This document shows positions 9,974 through 19,640 of a stretch of 64,000 bases of DNA, piece by piece. The stretch is from an uncultured bacterium (lineage in GTDB: Bacteria > Zhuqueibacterota > QNDG01 > DTFT01), in assembly GCA_963736115.1 (NCBI GenBank), contig CAVTNR010000012.1:64001-128000 (forward strand), read 5' to 3'. Each line of letters begins with the position of its first letter. The stretch's first letter is position 1. Below the pieces are notes generated by a model. It did no database searches. It was not told the DNA's origin and saw only the letters and a program-made list of their open reading frames with translations. A program made the position numbers and the translations under genes.

Positions 9974-10822
9974 GTGATCAAACGCATACTCGTGCCCCTC
10001 GATCCTTCCCCGTTCTGCAATGCCGCGATTGAAGCGGCCTGCCGCATCGCCAAACCCTGGAACGCGGAAGTGCACGGGCTTGTCGTTCTCGACGTCAGGG
10101 CGATCGAGGACGGCATCGGCCCGATCCCGCTCGGCGGGAGTCATTACGCGCAGAACCTTGAAAAGCACCGGATCGAAGAAGCGGAAGTCCGCATCTCCGC
10201 ACTGCTGGCGTCCTTCCGTGAAGTTTGCGGCAGGCACGGCGTTTCCAGCCGCGAGGCGGAACTCCAGGGCACACCCAGCCGATCCATTGTGGACCGTTCC
10301 GGGCTGTACGACCTGGTGGTGACCGGTCTTCGCACCTATTTCAGGTTCGGAACCGACGACAAACCGGGCGATGGACTCGACCAGCTTCTCTCCCATTCGT
10401 CGACGCCCATACTGGGAATCACCGAATCTCTGCCGGAATGGGAATACCCGGAAGGCATCATCCGCATCCTCGCAACCTGGGACGCAAGTCCGGCGGCCGC
10501 GTCCAGTTTCCGCGAGTGCCTGCAGGCTTTCGTCCCTGAAAAGGTCCATCTGCGGCTGGTCCGGGCCGGCGGCGAAAAAGCCGAGGCTGAGGCCTCGCTG
10601 AATCTCGCGGCCGGCTACGCGGAATCTTACAGCGTCGCGCAGGTGGAAACCGAATGGACCTCCCAGGGCATTGTCGACGCGGTAGCCGAACGGCACGCGC
10701 AGTGGGCGCATCTCATCGTGGCCGGCGCGCATGCGAAAAAGGGACCGCTCGCATTCATGGTCGGCAGCCTCACGAAAACCCTGATCGAAAACAAAAAAAA
10801 TCCGCTGTTCATCGGACTGTGA
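9974..10822 (+). CDS. Universal stress protein (tandem USP domains)
   Basis: IKRILVPLDPS, DLVVTG and FMVGSLTKTL motifs. Confidence 0.85.
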   Translation: MIKRILVPLDPSPFCNAAIEAACRIAKPWNAEVHGLVVLDVRAIEDGIGPIPLGGSHYAQNLEKHRIEEAEVRISALLASFREVCGRHGVSSREAELQGTPSRSIVDRSGLYDLVVTGLRTYFRFGTDDKPGDGLDQLLSHSSTPILGITESLPEWEYPEGIIRILATWDASPAAASSFRECLQAFVPEKVHLRLVRAGGEKAEAEASLNLAAGYAESYSVAQVETEWTSQGIVDAVAERHAQWAHLIVAGAHAKKGPLAFMVGSLTKTLIENKKNPLFIGL

Positions 10823-10911
10823 CCGGGTTCCCGCTCCGGACGGAACCTGAAACGGAATCAGCCGCGGAGGATCGGTTCCCCCGCGGCCCCAAACCGAACA
10901 GGCAGGTGCGA

Positions 10912-12327
10912 ATGAAGAACATCCATCTCCCCGAAGACCGCTACTTCGGACCCGATCCCGGCCGGAAAAAAATCGCCGCGAAACTCTATGAACGGGTCAA
11001 GGACAAGCCCCTGGTCTGCCCGCACGGGCACGTGGACCCCCGGCTGTTCTCGGACCCCGATTATGATTGGGGCACACCCGTCGACCTGCTGATCATTCCG
11101 GATCATTATGTGTTCCGCATGCTGTATTCCCAGGGCATCGCCGTCGAGTCCCTCGGCGTTCCGCGCCGCGACGGCGGGCCGGTTGAAAAGGACCACCGGA
11201 AGATCTGGCGCGCGTTCGCGGAGCGCTTCCACCTCTTTCGCGGCACGCCCAGCGGATGCTGGCTGTCCCACGAGCTTGTGACCGTCTTCGGAGTGAGCGA
11301 AAAGCCGTCCGCGGAATCGGCGGACCGGATCTATGACCGCATCGCGGAATGCCTGGCGTCACCGGAATTCCGGCCGCGCCGCCTGTTCGAGAAATTCCGC
11401 ATCGAGACGCTGGCCACAACGGACGCGGCCACAGACACGCTCGGCCACCACAAGGCGATCCGGGAATCGGGATGGAAGGGAAACGTGATCCCGACGTTCC
11501 GGCCGGATGCGGTGGTGAACCTCGACGCCGCGGACTGGGAGCAGAGCATCCGTCTGCTCGGCGAGCGCTCCGGCATCTCGATCCGCGGGTACAAGGACTT
11601 CATCGCGGCGCTGGAAAACCGCCGCGCCTTCTTCAAATCCATGGGGGCCTCGGCCACGGACCACGCGGCCGTGACCGCGCACACGGAAATCCTCTCCGGT
11701 TCCGAGGCGGAGGCGATATTCGGCCGGGCGCTGGCGGGCAAGGCCACGGCCGAGGACGCGTTCCGGTTCACCGGACACATGCTGATCGAGAGCGCGGCCA
11801 TGAGCGTCGAGGACGGACTGGTCATGCAGCTGCACACCGGGTCCTTCCGCAACCACAACCAGGACCTGTACGCGAAATTCGGCCCGGACAAGGGCGCGGA
11901 CATCCCGGTGCAGGGCGAGTTCACCCGGTCGCTCCGGCCCCTGCTGTCGCGTTTCGGAAACGACAGCCGCCTGACGATGGTGCTCTTCACGCTCGATGAA
12001 ACCGTGTACAGCCGCGAACTCGCGCCGCTCGCGGGCCATTATCCCGCGCTGAAACTCGGTCCGGCCTGGTGGTTCCACGACAGCCTGAACGGCATGATGC
12101 GCTACCGCGAGCAGGTCATGGAAACGGCCGGCCTGTACAACACCACCGGCTTCATCGACGACACCCGGGCCTTCCCGTCCATCCCGGCCCGGCACGACCT
12201 GTCGCGCCGCGTGGACGCGAACTGGATCGCAGGCCTCGTCGTCCGGGGCATCGTGGACGAAGAGGACGCGGAGGACATGATCGAGGAAACCGCCTACCGC
12301 CTGGTCAAACGGGCGTTCAAGATGTGA
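10912..12327 (+). CDS. uxaC: Glucuronate/uronate isomerase
   Basis: PHGHVDP, DHYVFRMLY, PTFRPD, GPAWWFHD, GFIDDTRAF and ARHD motifs. Confidence 0.95.
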   Translation: MKNIHLPEDRYFGPDPGRKKIAAKLYERVKDKPLVCPHGHVDPRLFSDPDYDWGTPVDLLIIPDHYVFRMLYSQGIAVESLGVPRRDGGPVEKDHRKIWRAFAERFHLFRGTPSGCWLSHELVTVFGVSEKPSAESADRIYDRIAECLASPEFRPRRLFEKFRIETLATTDAATDTLGHHKAIRESGWKGNVIPTFRPDAVVNLDAADWEQSIRLLGERSGISIRGYKDFIAALENRRAFFKSMGASATDHAAVTAHTEILSGSEAEAIFGRALAGKATAEDAFRFTGHMLIESAAMSVEDGLVMQLHTGSFRNHNQDLYAKFGPDKGADIPVQGEFTRSLRPLLSRFGNDSRLTMVLFTLDETVYSRELAPLAGHYPALKLGPAWWFHDSLNGMMRYREQVMETAGLYNTTGFIDDTRAFPSIPARHDLSRRVDANWIAGLVVRGIVDEEDAEDMIEETAYRLVKRAFKM

Positions 12328-12398
12328 ACCGGACGGCCCGGCCGCGGGCCGTTCCGCCGGAATCCAAACGAAACCGATCCGCTTCACGGAGGACCATC

Positions 12399-13898
12399 AT
12401 GAATCCATTCGAATCGATACGCAGCCTGAACATCGCGCCCCGTTCCGTCGCGGAATCGGAGGGCGTTTCTTTCGCATTCACTTCGGTCGGCGGAAGGCCG
12501 ACCCTGGCCGCCCTCGCCCCGAAAGACGCGGAGCGGGTTCTGGCCGAATTCCAGGGAACGTCCACGGACGTCGAGGGCCGCAGGCTCTTCCTCGGGCCGG
12601 CCGAGGCCGCGAACGCGGCGGCCCTGCGCAAGCGCCTGCCCTTCCTTGCCCCCGTGCCGCTGGGCCTGAAAACCTCGGCCGGATTCGGCGACCGGCTGGG
12701 ACTGGCCACGCCCGGCCACATCCGCGCCCTGCGCGCCGTGGGCGGCCGCATCGCGCCGGTGTTCGCCCAGCAGTCGATGCGCGAGATGGCGCGCGCAGAT
12801 CGCTCCGCGGGCCGCGTCATGGACGACGCGCTGTGGGGCGTCTTCTGCGAGGGCTGGCGCGACGGCTTCGGATGCGACGCGGACCACCTGAAAACCACGG
12901 AGGACATCGACATCTGCGCGTCCGCGGGCTTCAACGGGTACACGCTCGATCCGGGCGCGCACGTGGACAATGCGGCCGGAACCGCGGACGTGAAGGCCCT
13001 GCAGAAAGCCGCGGACGCCCTTCCCTGGAAATCGCTCGAGGATAAGTGGCCGGACTTTCTGCGCCGCTACGCGGGCCGTGAATTCCGGTTCGACAAGGGG
13101 AAAATCAAGCTCACCGACGAAGAGGTGTTGCGCGCGGCAGTGAAATACGGACGCGCCGTGGCCCATGTGTCGGACCTGGTGCGGCACCTGAAATCCGTCA
13201 TGACCGGCCGGCCCTTCGACCTCGAAATCTCGGTGGACGAGACCGACAGCCCCACGACGCCCGCGGAGCACGCGATCGTGGCCTCCGAACTGAAACGGCT
13301 CGGCGTGACCTGGGCCGGGCTGGCGCCCCGCTTTCTCGGCCGTTTCGAGAAGGGCGTGGATTACATCGGCGATCTGGCCGCGTTCCGGGCCGATTTCGCC
13401 ATGCACGCGTCGATCGCGCGCACGCTTGGCCCCTACAAGCTGAGCCTGCATTCCGGGTCGGACAAGTTCGCGGTGTACCCGATCGCGGCAGAGGAGACGG
13501 CCGGCCTCGTGCACCTGAAAACCGCGGGCACCAGCTGGCTCGAAGCGCTTCGCACAGTCGCGTCCGCGGACCCGGCGCTCTTCCGGCAGATCTACAGCCT
13601 GGCGCGCGACCGGTACGAGACGGACAAGGCCAGCTATCACGTGTCCGCCGTGCTTGAAAAGGCCCCGCCCGCGGACGGGCTGACGGACGCCGACCTCGCC
13701 GGACTGCTCGACCAGTTCGACGCCAGGCAGGTCCTGCACGTCACCTTCGGATCCGTGCTCACGGAAAAAGGGACGGACGGAAAACTGAAGTTCCGCGACG
13801 TGCTGACCTCGGTCCTGCGCGATCACGCGGACGGATACGCGTCGAACCTCGAGGCGCATTTCGGCCGGCACCTGCGGCCGTTCGTCGCGTCGCGATAA
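12399..13898 (+). CDS. uxaE: Tagaturonate/fructuronate epimerase
   Basis: GFGDRLGLATPGH, AQQSMRE, DADHLKT, SLHSGSDKF and HLKTAGTSWLEAL motifs. Confidence 0.92.
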   Translation: MNPFESIRSLNIAPRSVAESEGVSFAFTSVGGRPTLAALAPKDAERVLAEFQGTSTDVEGRRLFLGPAEAANAAALRKRLPFLAPVPLGLKTSAGFGDRLGLATPGHIRALRAVGGRIAPVFAQQSMREMARADRSAGRVMDDALWGVFCEGWRDGFGCDADHLKTTEDIDICASAGFNGYTLDPGAHVDNAAGTADVKALQKAADALPWKSLEDKWPDFLRRYAGREFRFDKGKIKLTDEEVLRAAVKYGRAVAHVSDLVRHLKSVMTGRPFDLEISVDETDSPTTPAEHAIVASELKRLGVTWAGLAPRFLGRFEKGVDYIGDLAAFRADFAMHASIARTLGPYKLSLHSGSDKFAVYPIAAEETAGLVHLKTAGTSWLEALRTVASADPALFRQIYSLARDRYETDKASYHVSAVLEKAPPADGLTDADLAGLLDQFDARQVLHVTFGSVLTEKGTDGKLKFRDVLTSVLRDHADGYASNLEAHFGRHLRPFVASR

Positions 13899-13913
13899 AT
13901 CCGATCATAAAGT

Positions 13914-13953
13914 AAAAAACCTCCCGCGGGCCTTCGGCCCGCGGGAGGTTTTC
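13914..13953. terminator. Intrinsic terminator after uxaE
   Basis: AAAAACCTCCCGCGGGCC-TTC-GGCCCGCGGGAGGTTTT perfect hairpin. Confidence 0.85.
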
Positions 13954-13997
13954 GTTTATCATCAACGCGGAGGCTCCCGCTTCCGCGTATCCGTTTT

Positions 13998-14030
13998 CCG
14001 TAAAGGCGAAGCGCCGCGTCGCCCCTACGG
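13998..14030. repeat. GTAG-family REP-like palindrome
   Basis: CCGTAAAGGCGAAGCGCCGCGTCGCCCCTACGG, a degenerate GTAGGGGCGA...TCGCCCCTAC. Confidence 0.55.
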
Positions 14031-14033
14031 GAT

Positions 14034-14066
14034 AAAAAAAGGCCTCCTGTCGCGGGAGGCTTTTTC
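14034..14066. terminator. Bidirectional intrinsic terminator for the response regulator
   Basis: AAAAAAAGGCCTCCTGTCGCGGGAGGCTTTTT. Confidence 0.75.
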
Positions 14067-14118
14067 ATTCACAAGGAAGCATGTGCCGCGCACTTTTTCA
14101 AAGCGAGCGGCACACCGT

Positions 14119-14601
14119 TCAATGCCACCAGAACAACCGGTCCATTCCCGGATCCCCGGATTCCTCCTTCGATTCTCCGGGTTCCTCCCCGTTCAGCTTC
14201 TGGATGACCTTTTTCTCCGCTTTATCCTTCAGCAGTTTATACACCTGCTCGCGGATCAGCTCCGGCGAGTCCATGCCCTTCAGCACGAACTGATTTGCGC
14301 CCGACTGAATGATTTCCTGCACCTTGTCCTGGTCCTTGACCGCGGACAGCACCAGCACGGGCGTATCCTGGCAGAAGCCGACCGAACGGATCCGTTTCAG
14401 CAGTTCAATGCCCGGAATCTTGGGCATCATCATGTCGAGAACAATGATGTCGGGTCTGCGTTCGCAGATCACGTCCCAGCCTGCCGTTGCATTCTCAGCC
14501 TCGAACACCTCGAATCCGGCTTTTTCGAATACGGATTTATAAAAAAACCGGACAGTTTGTGAATCCTCGATCAAGGCAATTTTTATTTTTCGTGCGGCCA
14601 T
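14119..14601 (-). CDS. Stand-alone CheY-like response regulator receiver protein
   Basis: LIEDS, PDIIVLDMMMP, VLVLSA and FVLK motifs. Confidence 0.88.
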   Translation of the reverse strand: MAARKIKIALIEDSQTVRFFYKSVFEKAGFEVFEAENATAGWDVICERRPDIIVLDMMMPKIPGIELLKRIRSVGFCQDTPVLVLSAVKDQDKVQEIIQSGANQFVLKGMDSPELIREQVYKLLKDKAEKKVIQKLNGEEPGESKEESGDPGMDRLFWWH

Positions 14602-14889
14602 GCCTGTTTCCCTGGAATGAATCCTCGAATATTCATTCTACAAATTCTACGCCAAACCTGCGAATAAAACACATAAGCTATTGTTTATGCTTACTATAAA
14701 TCCAAAATCGTTTGCATGCAGACCCATTTCAATATACAACAAAAGGATTTCAACCGGCTGATTTGAAGCTCCCCGTGGCCCGCATCGCGGGACTGGGGAA
14801 TGCGCTCGCGGACAGATTCCGGTTCTTGTCGGCTCTGAAAGGCTTTCAGCCTGTAACCGTTATAATCCACTGATATTACATCCTTTTAC

Positions 14890-14918
14890 TTGACTCTTAA
14901 GGGATTATTCGATATAAT
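14890..14918 (+). promoter_or_regulatory. sigma70 promoter
   Basis: TTGACT-N17-TATAAT upstream of 15015. Confidence 0.7.
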
Positions 14919-15014
14919 AATAGGAATTTTCGTCATTATTAACCACCGCGGGGAAGGTCCTTTCCTCCTCATCCATCCCGCACAACCCTGATCCGCTGAA
15001 CGGAGGCCGAACGC

Positions 15015-16430
15015 ATGAAACGCATACGCAACGTCTTGATATCGGTCGCACTGGCCGCCCTGTGCACGGCCTTCCGGCCGGCCGCGGTTCCCGCGGCCAC
15101 GGTACAGGTCTGGATCACGGACTCCGCCACCGGCCTGAAGGTGGAAGGAGCGCATTTCGTGGCTTTGGCCGGTGCGGATACGCTCGTCCGCGCGGTCAGC
15201 GGAACCGCTTCGCCCCTGTCCTTTCAGGTCGATGCATCGGCCGTGAACGCCGGGCGGTCCGGACTCATGCCGAAATCCGCCTCTGTCCTGGCGTTCCCGA
15301 ATCCCTGCAGGGATAAAGTGTCCCTGGACTGGGTATCAGCCGGTTCCGGGGAACGGATCGAGGTTTTCGACGTCCTGGGCCGGCGGCTGTACGCGGGACC
15401 GTCCCCCTCTGCCGCGGGCCGGAGCGTGTCCGCGGATTTCGGGCTCACCGGACTGCCGGACGGCCTCTACCTGGTGCGGATATCCGGCGGGAACGGCATG
15501 CCCGCGACCGGAAAATTCATGAAAACCGGCGGTGCCGCATCCCTCGCGGACGCGGCGGTCCGCAGGCTTCAAACGCGCATCGGCATGCCGAAACCCTCCG
15601 CCCCTGCCCGGCCGGACGGAAAATCCGTGCGTCTCATGGCCTATACGACCAAAACCGCAAAGGATGCCGAAGGCCGCCATGTCTGCGGTTATGCGTCCGT
15701 GGAGACGACGGTCTCCGGAGACACGCTCATCACCATTCCCATGAGTCCACAGCCCTTTTCCGAGGCCGGGCACAACGCGGCGCCCGGGTCCGCGGCACCG
15801 GTCATCGTGGACGGCCGGGCCGACGATCCGGTCTGGGGTGATGCGGCATGGGGCGACATCGACCATGTGTGGCTCGGCGCTCCGCCCGCGGCCGAAGATT
15901 TCACCGGCCGGTACAAGATCGCCTGGACCCCGGAACGGCTCTGCCTTCTGGTCGAGATCCGGGACGACGCGGTCTCGGACCAGTACCCGGATCCCCTGTC
16001 CAATTACTGGCAGGACGACTGCGTGGAAGTGTTCATCGACGAGAACGCGTCCGGCGGCAACCATCAGTACAGCTACAATGCCTTCGCCTATCATGTCGCG
16101 CTGAACGGAACGGCCGTGGACGCGGGCGCGGACGGACGCACGAAGAACCTCTCGGATCACATGGAGGTCGCGAGGATCGAAAACGGAGACATCTGCACCT
16201 GGGAGATCGCCATCCGGATTTTCGGAGAGGACTTCAGCGACACCCGCACGGACAATGTCCCGCTGACGCTCGAGACGGGCAAGGTGATGGGATTCATGGT
16301 GGCGTACTGCGATAATGACGGCACCTACGACCGGCAGAACTTCGTGGGATCGATTTTCATCGCGGGCCGTGACAAGAACGTCGGCTGGATCAACGCCAGC
16401 GTGTTCGGGACGCTGGAGCTGGTGCCGTGA
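15015..16430 (+). CDS. Secreted protein with an internal T9SS-CTD-like Ig domain and a C-terminal CBM9/DOMON-like sugar-binding domain
   Basis: Signal peptide. AFPNP...VFDVLGRR...LPDGLYLVRI lies mid-protein. VIVDGRADDPVW, DDCVEVFID and YCDNDG are typical of CBM9_1. Confidence 0.7.
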   Translation: MKRIRNVLISVALAALCTAFRPAAVPAATVQVWITDSATGLKVEGAHFVALAGADTLVRAVSGTASPLSFQVDASAVNAGRSGLMPKSASVLAFPNPCRDKVSLDWVSAGSGERIEVFDVLGRRLYAGPSPSAAGRSVSADFGLTGLPDGLYLVRISGGNGMPATGKFMKTGGAASLADAAVRRLQTRIGMPKPSAPARPDGKSVRLMAYTTKTAKDAEGRHVCGYASVETTVSGDTLITIPMSPQPFSEAGHNAAPGSAAPVIVDGRADDPVWGDAAWGDIDHVWLGAPPAAEDFTGRYKIAWTPERLCLLVEIRDDAVSDQYPDPLSNYWQDDCVEVFIDENASGGNHQYSYNAFAYHVALNGTAVDAGADGRTKNLSDHMEVARIENGDICTWEIAIRIFGEDFSDTRTDNVPLTLETGKVMGFMVAYCDNDGTYDRQNFVGSIFIAGRDKNVGWINASVFGTLELVP

Positions 16431-16501
16431 AATGTAAATGGAACGCGGGGACGCGGATAGGACATGAATTTTTCGGTAATTCGCTGGTTCCTGCAGATTT
16501 C

Positions 16502-16530
16502 GACCCCGGGGTCCTTCGGACCCCGGGGTC
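16502..16530. terminator. Hairpin between convergent genes
   Basis: GACCCCGGGGTCC-TTC-GGACCCCGGGGTC followed by TTTCTTTT. Each arm is itself palindromic. Confidence 0.7.
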
Positions 16531-16541
16531 TTTCTTTTCCA

Positions 16542-19037
16542 TCAATCCGTGTTCAATTTCTTTTTCCGCTTCGGCCCGCCGGACGGTTTCTTCTTCCGCT
16601 CGGAAATCCGCGTGATCAGCTGGACCATGGAAGAAGCCAGGAACAGAAAGAGGAGCAGGACGAATCCGCTCCGGAACACAAACCAGGACAGAAACGCCAG
16701 CAGAATCAGGACCACCAAAGTCCGGGGCGACAGGATTGCCGAGCGGCAGGCCGCCTCGATCTTCCGGAGAACGGGCATGACGGCCCGCCAAAACCGGACA
16801 ACCGCGGCCCACACCGGTTTCAACCGTCCGCGGTTCCGGAAGACCAGCCAGGCCAGGAGGGCCAGCACGGCCAGGCGGAAAAACGCGAAAACCCCGGACC
16901 GGACCGGCCACACATTCACGGACAGCTCATCCTCGGGCTTCACGATGGTGCGCGCGAACCGGACCAGCTGACCGGTTCTGGGAATGACGACCTGTATCGG
17001 CATGACGCCGGCCCCGCCCGCGGACGCGGACTGCACGGTCGACTGGCTGATCTCGTCGAGCTTGTTCCCGAAATCCATCTCCGCCCGCATCTGCCGGACG
17101 ACCTGCTCCTCCTCCATGGGCACGTTCCGAAACTTGCTCTTCGCTTCATTCCCCGCGTAGAAATCCTTGAGCTGTTCGGCCGAACCGGCCTCTCCCGTGA
17201 CCGCGGGCGAAGGCGCCTTGTCGTACCGCACCTTGCGCGACCGCAGGCCGAGCGCATTGAAACCCCGTATGGCCTCCTCCTTCTCGAGTGTGCTCCGGAA
17301 GTTGAAGTACCGGTAGTCGTTCGGCAGGTAGACCGACCACACGACCTGGCTTGCCATCACGTCCGCGGGCGGCAGAACAACGCCCCGGCCGCCCATCCAG
17401 TGGAAAGGACTGACGGCCCGGCAGGTGACGACCTCCACCGGAAACGTTTCGAGCCGCGAGCCCGAAAAACGCGAACGGATCAGGGGAACGAGCAGGCGGC
17501 CGTCCGATCCCTTGGATGATTCCACGGGCTCGCCGCCCACGAACACGCTCCACACGTCCGCGTCCTTCGGCAGGCGGATCTCGAGGAATTGCTTTTCGGA
17601 GTTCCGGATCTGGTAGAGTATCCGGTTCACTTCCTTGCCGTCCTCGGTGAGCAGTGTGACCGCGTTCACGGACACGGCCGAGGCCATGGGCACGATGATT
17701 TTCTCGTGACGCTCCACATCGAGCACCAGAGTGAACGGATGCTTCAATGTCCGGTACGCGAGCAGGAGCGGCTTCTCGGACCGATTGTACAGGGCGGGCG
17801 GGAGTTTCTGCACGGCCACGCGCTCCAGTCCCTCGGACGAAACGGCCTTCACCTCGGCGCCCGTGTTGAGTGCCACGCCGACCGCCCCGGTTTCGCGCAC
17901 CGCGCCGGAAACGCGGAATCCGCGGAACGCATTGGCCTTTCCGCCCTCGGTCAGGGGCTTCTCCGTCGTGACCGTGAACATCACGGTCCCCTCCCTCGCG
18001 TACGTGAAGGGGACGGTGATGAGCCTCTGGCCCGCCTGGGTTCTTTCGTGCCAGGCGCCCACGGCATCGCCTGTCACGGACAGCACGTTGAGATCGGCCG
18101 GAACGGACAGCACCGCCTGCTCCACGCCGCTGTGCAGGACATTGAGTCCCACGTCCGAGGCCACGCGCAGACCGCCGTCCTCGATGGAGAGAAGATGGTT
18201 CACGTCCGCGTACACCTTCGGCGGCAATTTTTCAGCCGCCGGGACTTTCTTCCGCCAGGCCACCTGAATCGACCCGCCCGAGGGAATCACGGCCGTGACA
18301 ACGGTGCCCGCGCCGGCCGGCGCAACGGAAAAGGTCTGGGCCCGGGGCACATCCACGTCGATGTTCCGCATCGGAAGCTCGAGCCGGAGAAGCCGCACCG
18401 GCGCGGGCAGGATCGCGAGATCGAGGCGCTGCGGCCCCTGGTCTTCGGCCGAAGGCACCGTGAACACGGCCTCCACTGTATGTTCGCCGGGCCTGCCGAT
18501 CAGCACCTGGTGGGTGCCGCCCTCGGTCACCACGAGACCGGACGCGCCGTCCGTCTTCACTTCCTCGAGCGCCGTGTTCTGGTAAAGCAGGGGGATTTTC
18601 AGCCAGGCGTTTCTGCGGAGCACATGGATACGGAAGGTCGCTGTGAAACGGGTTCCGTTCCGGCCGAGCCGGCCGGAATACACCGCGCGCGTGATCAGAT
18701 AGTCCACCGGAGGCGCCCCGGACGTGTCCGCGGGCGGCTTCATGGCCTCCACGAGACTCGTGAATTCGGCCCTGGACAGCACGACCAGACCGTTCCGGCC
18801 GGCCGGGCTGGACGCCGGCTTATGGCCCGTCTGAGCCACGATCCGGTTGTACGTTTCAATCGGCAGGACGATTTCATTCTCGTCCATCCGGACGATTTTC
18901 CTGAACTCCTCCCAGGGAACCGTGACCTTGGCCGCGGCCGCGGGCTCATTCTGGGCCTGGACTGCAGAAAAGAACCCGGCGATGAGGAGGCAGAAGGCCG
19001 GCCAGCGGTGGGTTCCGCGTCGGATCGGGTCGTTCAT
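16542..19037 (-). CDS. Large exported, membrane-anchored hypothetical protein
   Basis: 831-aa ORF with RBS (AGGAG), signal peptide, beta-rich body and C-terminal TM helices. Confidence 0.75.
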   Translation of the reverse strand: MNDPIRRGTHRWPAFCLLIAGFFSAVQAQNEPAAAAKVTVPWEEFRKIVRMDENEIVLPIETYNRIVAQTGHKPASSPAGRNGLVVLSRAEFTSLVEAMKPPADTSGAPPVDYLITRAVYSGRLGRNGTRFTATFRIHVLRRNAWLKIPLLYQNTALEEVKTDGASGLVVTEGGTHQVLIGRPGEHTVEAVFTVPSAEDQGPQRLDLAILPAPVRLLRLELPMRNIDVDVPRAQTFSVAPAGAGTVVTAVIPSGGSIQVAWRKKVPAAEKLPPKVYADVNHLLSIEDGGLRVASDVGLNVLHSGVEQAVLSVPADLNVLSVTGDAVGAWHERTQAGQRLITVPFTYAREGTVMFTVTTEKPLTEGGKANAFRGFRVSGAVRETGAVGVALNTGAEVKAVSSEGLERVAVQKLPPALYNRSEKPLLLAYRTLKHPFTLVLDVERHEKIIVPMASAVSVNAVTLLTEDGKEVNRILYQIRNSEKQFLEIRLPKDADVWSVFVGGEPVESSKGSDGRLLVPLIRSRFSGSRLETFPVEVVTCRAVSPFHWMGGRGVVLPPADVMASQVVWSVYLPNDYRYFNFRSTLEKEEAIRGFNALGLRSRKVRYDKAPSPAVTGEAGSAEQLKDFYAGNEAKSKFRNVPMEEEQVVRQMRAEMDFGNKLDEISQSTVQSASAGGAGVMPIQVVIPRTGQLVRFARTIVKPEDELSVNVWPVRSGVFAFFRLAVLALLAWLVFRNRGRLKPVWAAVVRFWRAVMPVLRKIEAACRSAILSPRTLVVLILLAFLSWFVFRSGFVLLLFLFLASSMVQLITRISERKKKPSGGPKRKKKLNTD

Positions 19038-19332
19038 GAGGATCTCCTTGGGTTGTGACAGCCAGCTTTATATAATATAATCAAAAATAAACGAAAGAAC
19101 ACCGGAGAAATATAAAGGAGGACTGTTTATAAATGAACTGCCGGCAATGGCCGGAGTTCCTCCCATTTTGCAGCGCCAGGAGAAGGGATGAAGATCCATC
19201 CATTTTCCACCTATGGGACAAATATTTGTTTATTAACAGATAAGCGGCCATTGAAATGGAGCGGGCGGTTTCCCGTATTTTATGACATTCCGGTAATAAT
19301 TGCCTCCTGCCCTATCACAGTTCTAAAAAAAC

Positions 19333-19361
19333 TTGACAATAATGGATTATTTTCCTATTTT
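19333..19361 (+). promoter_or_regulatory. sigma70 promoter of rho
   Basis: TTGACA-N17-TATTTT, followed by an untranslated leader of about 270 nt. Confidence 0.6.
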
Positions 19362-19640
19362 AATATAATCCCTTAATCACCAGCCGAATTTATTGATAAT
19401 CGAAATCATACTTCTTCCGATCATCCGCACAACAGGTCTCGAATGAGTTCATCATCCTGAATACAGGTCCGCAAAGCATTGTCCCCGTCTTTCTCATTTC
19501 GATCTGACCTTTTCTTCCGCGGGTTCCGCGTCCCGAACGCCGGACTTCTTTTTGCGGAAAAAAGATCAAACCGCATCCGCCGACAGCCGATCGGAGGCCC
19601 GGGCCGGATGCGTCCAACAGAAAACCAAGGAGGTTTTTGA

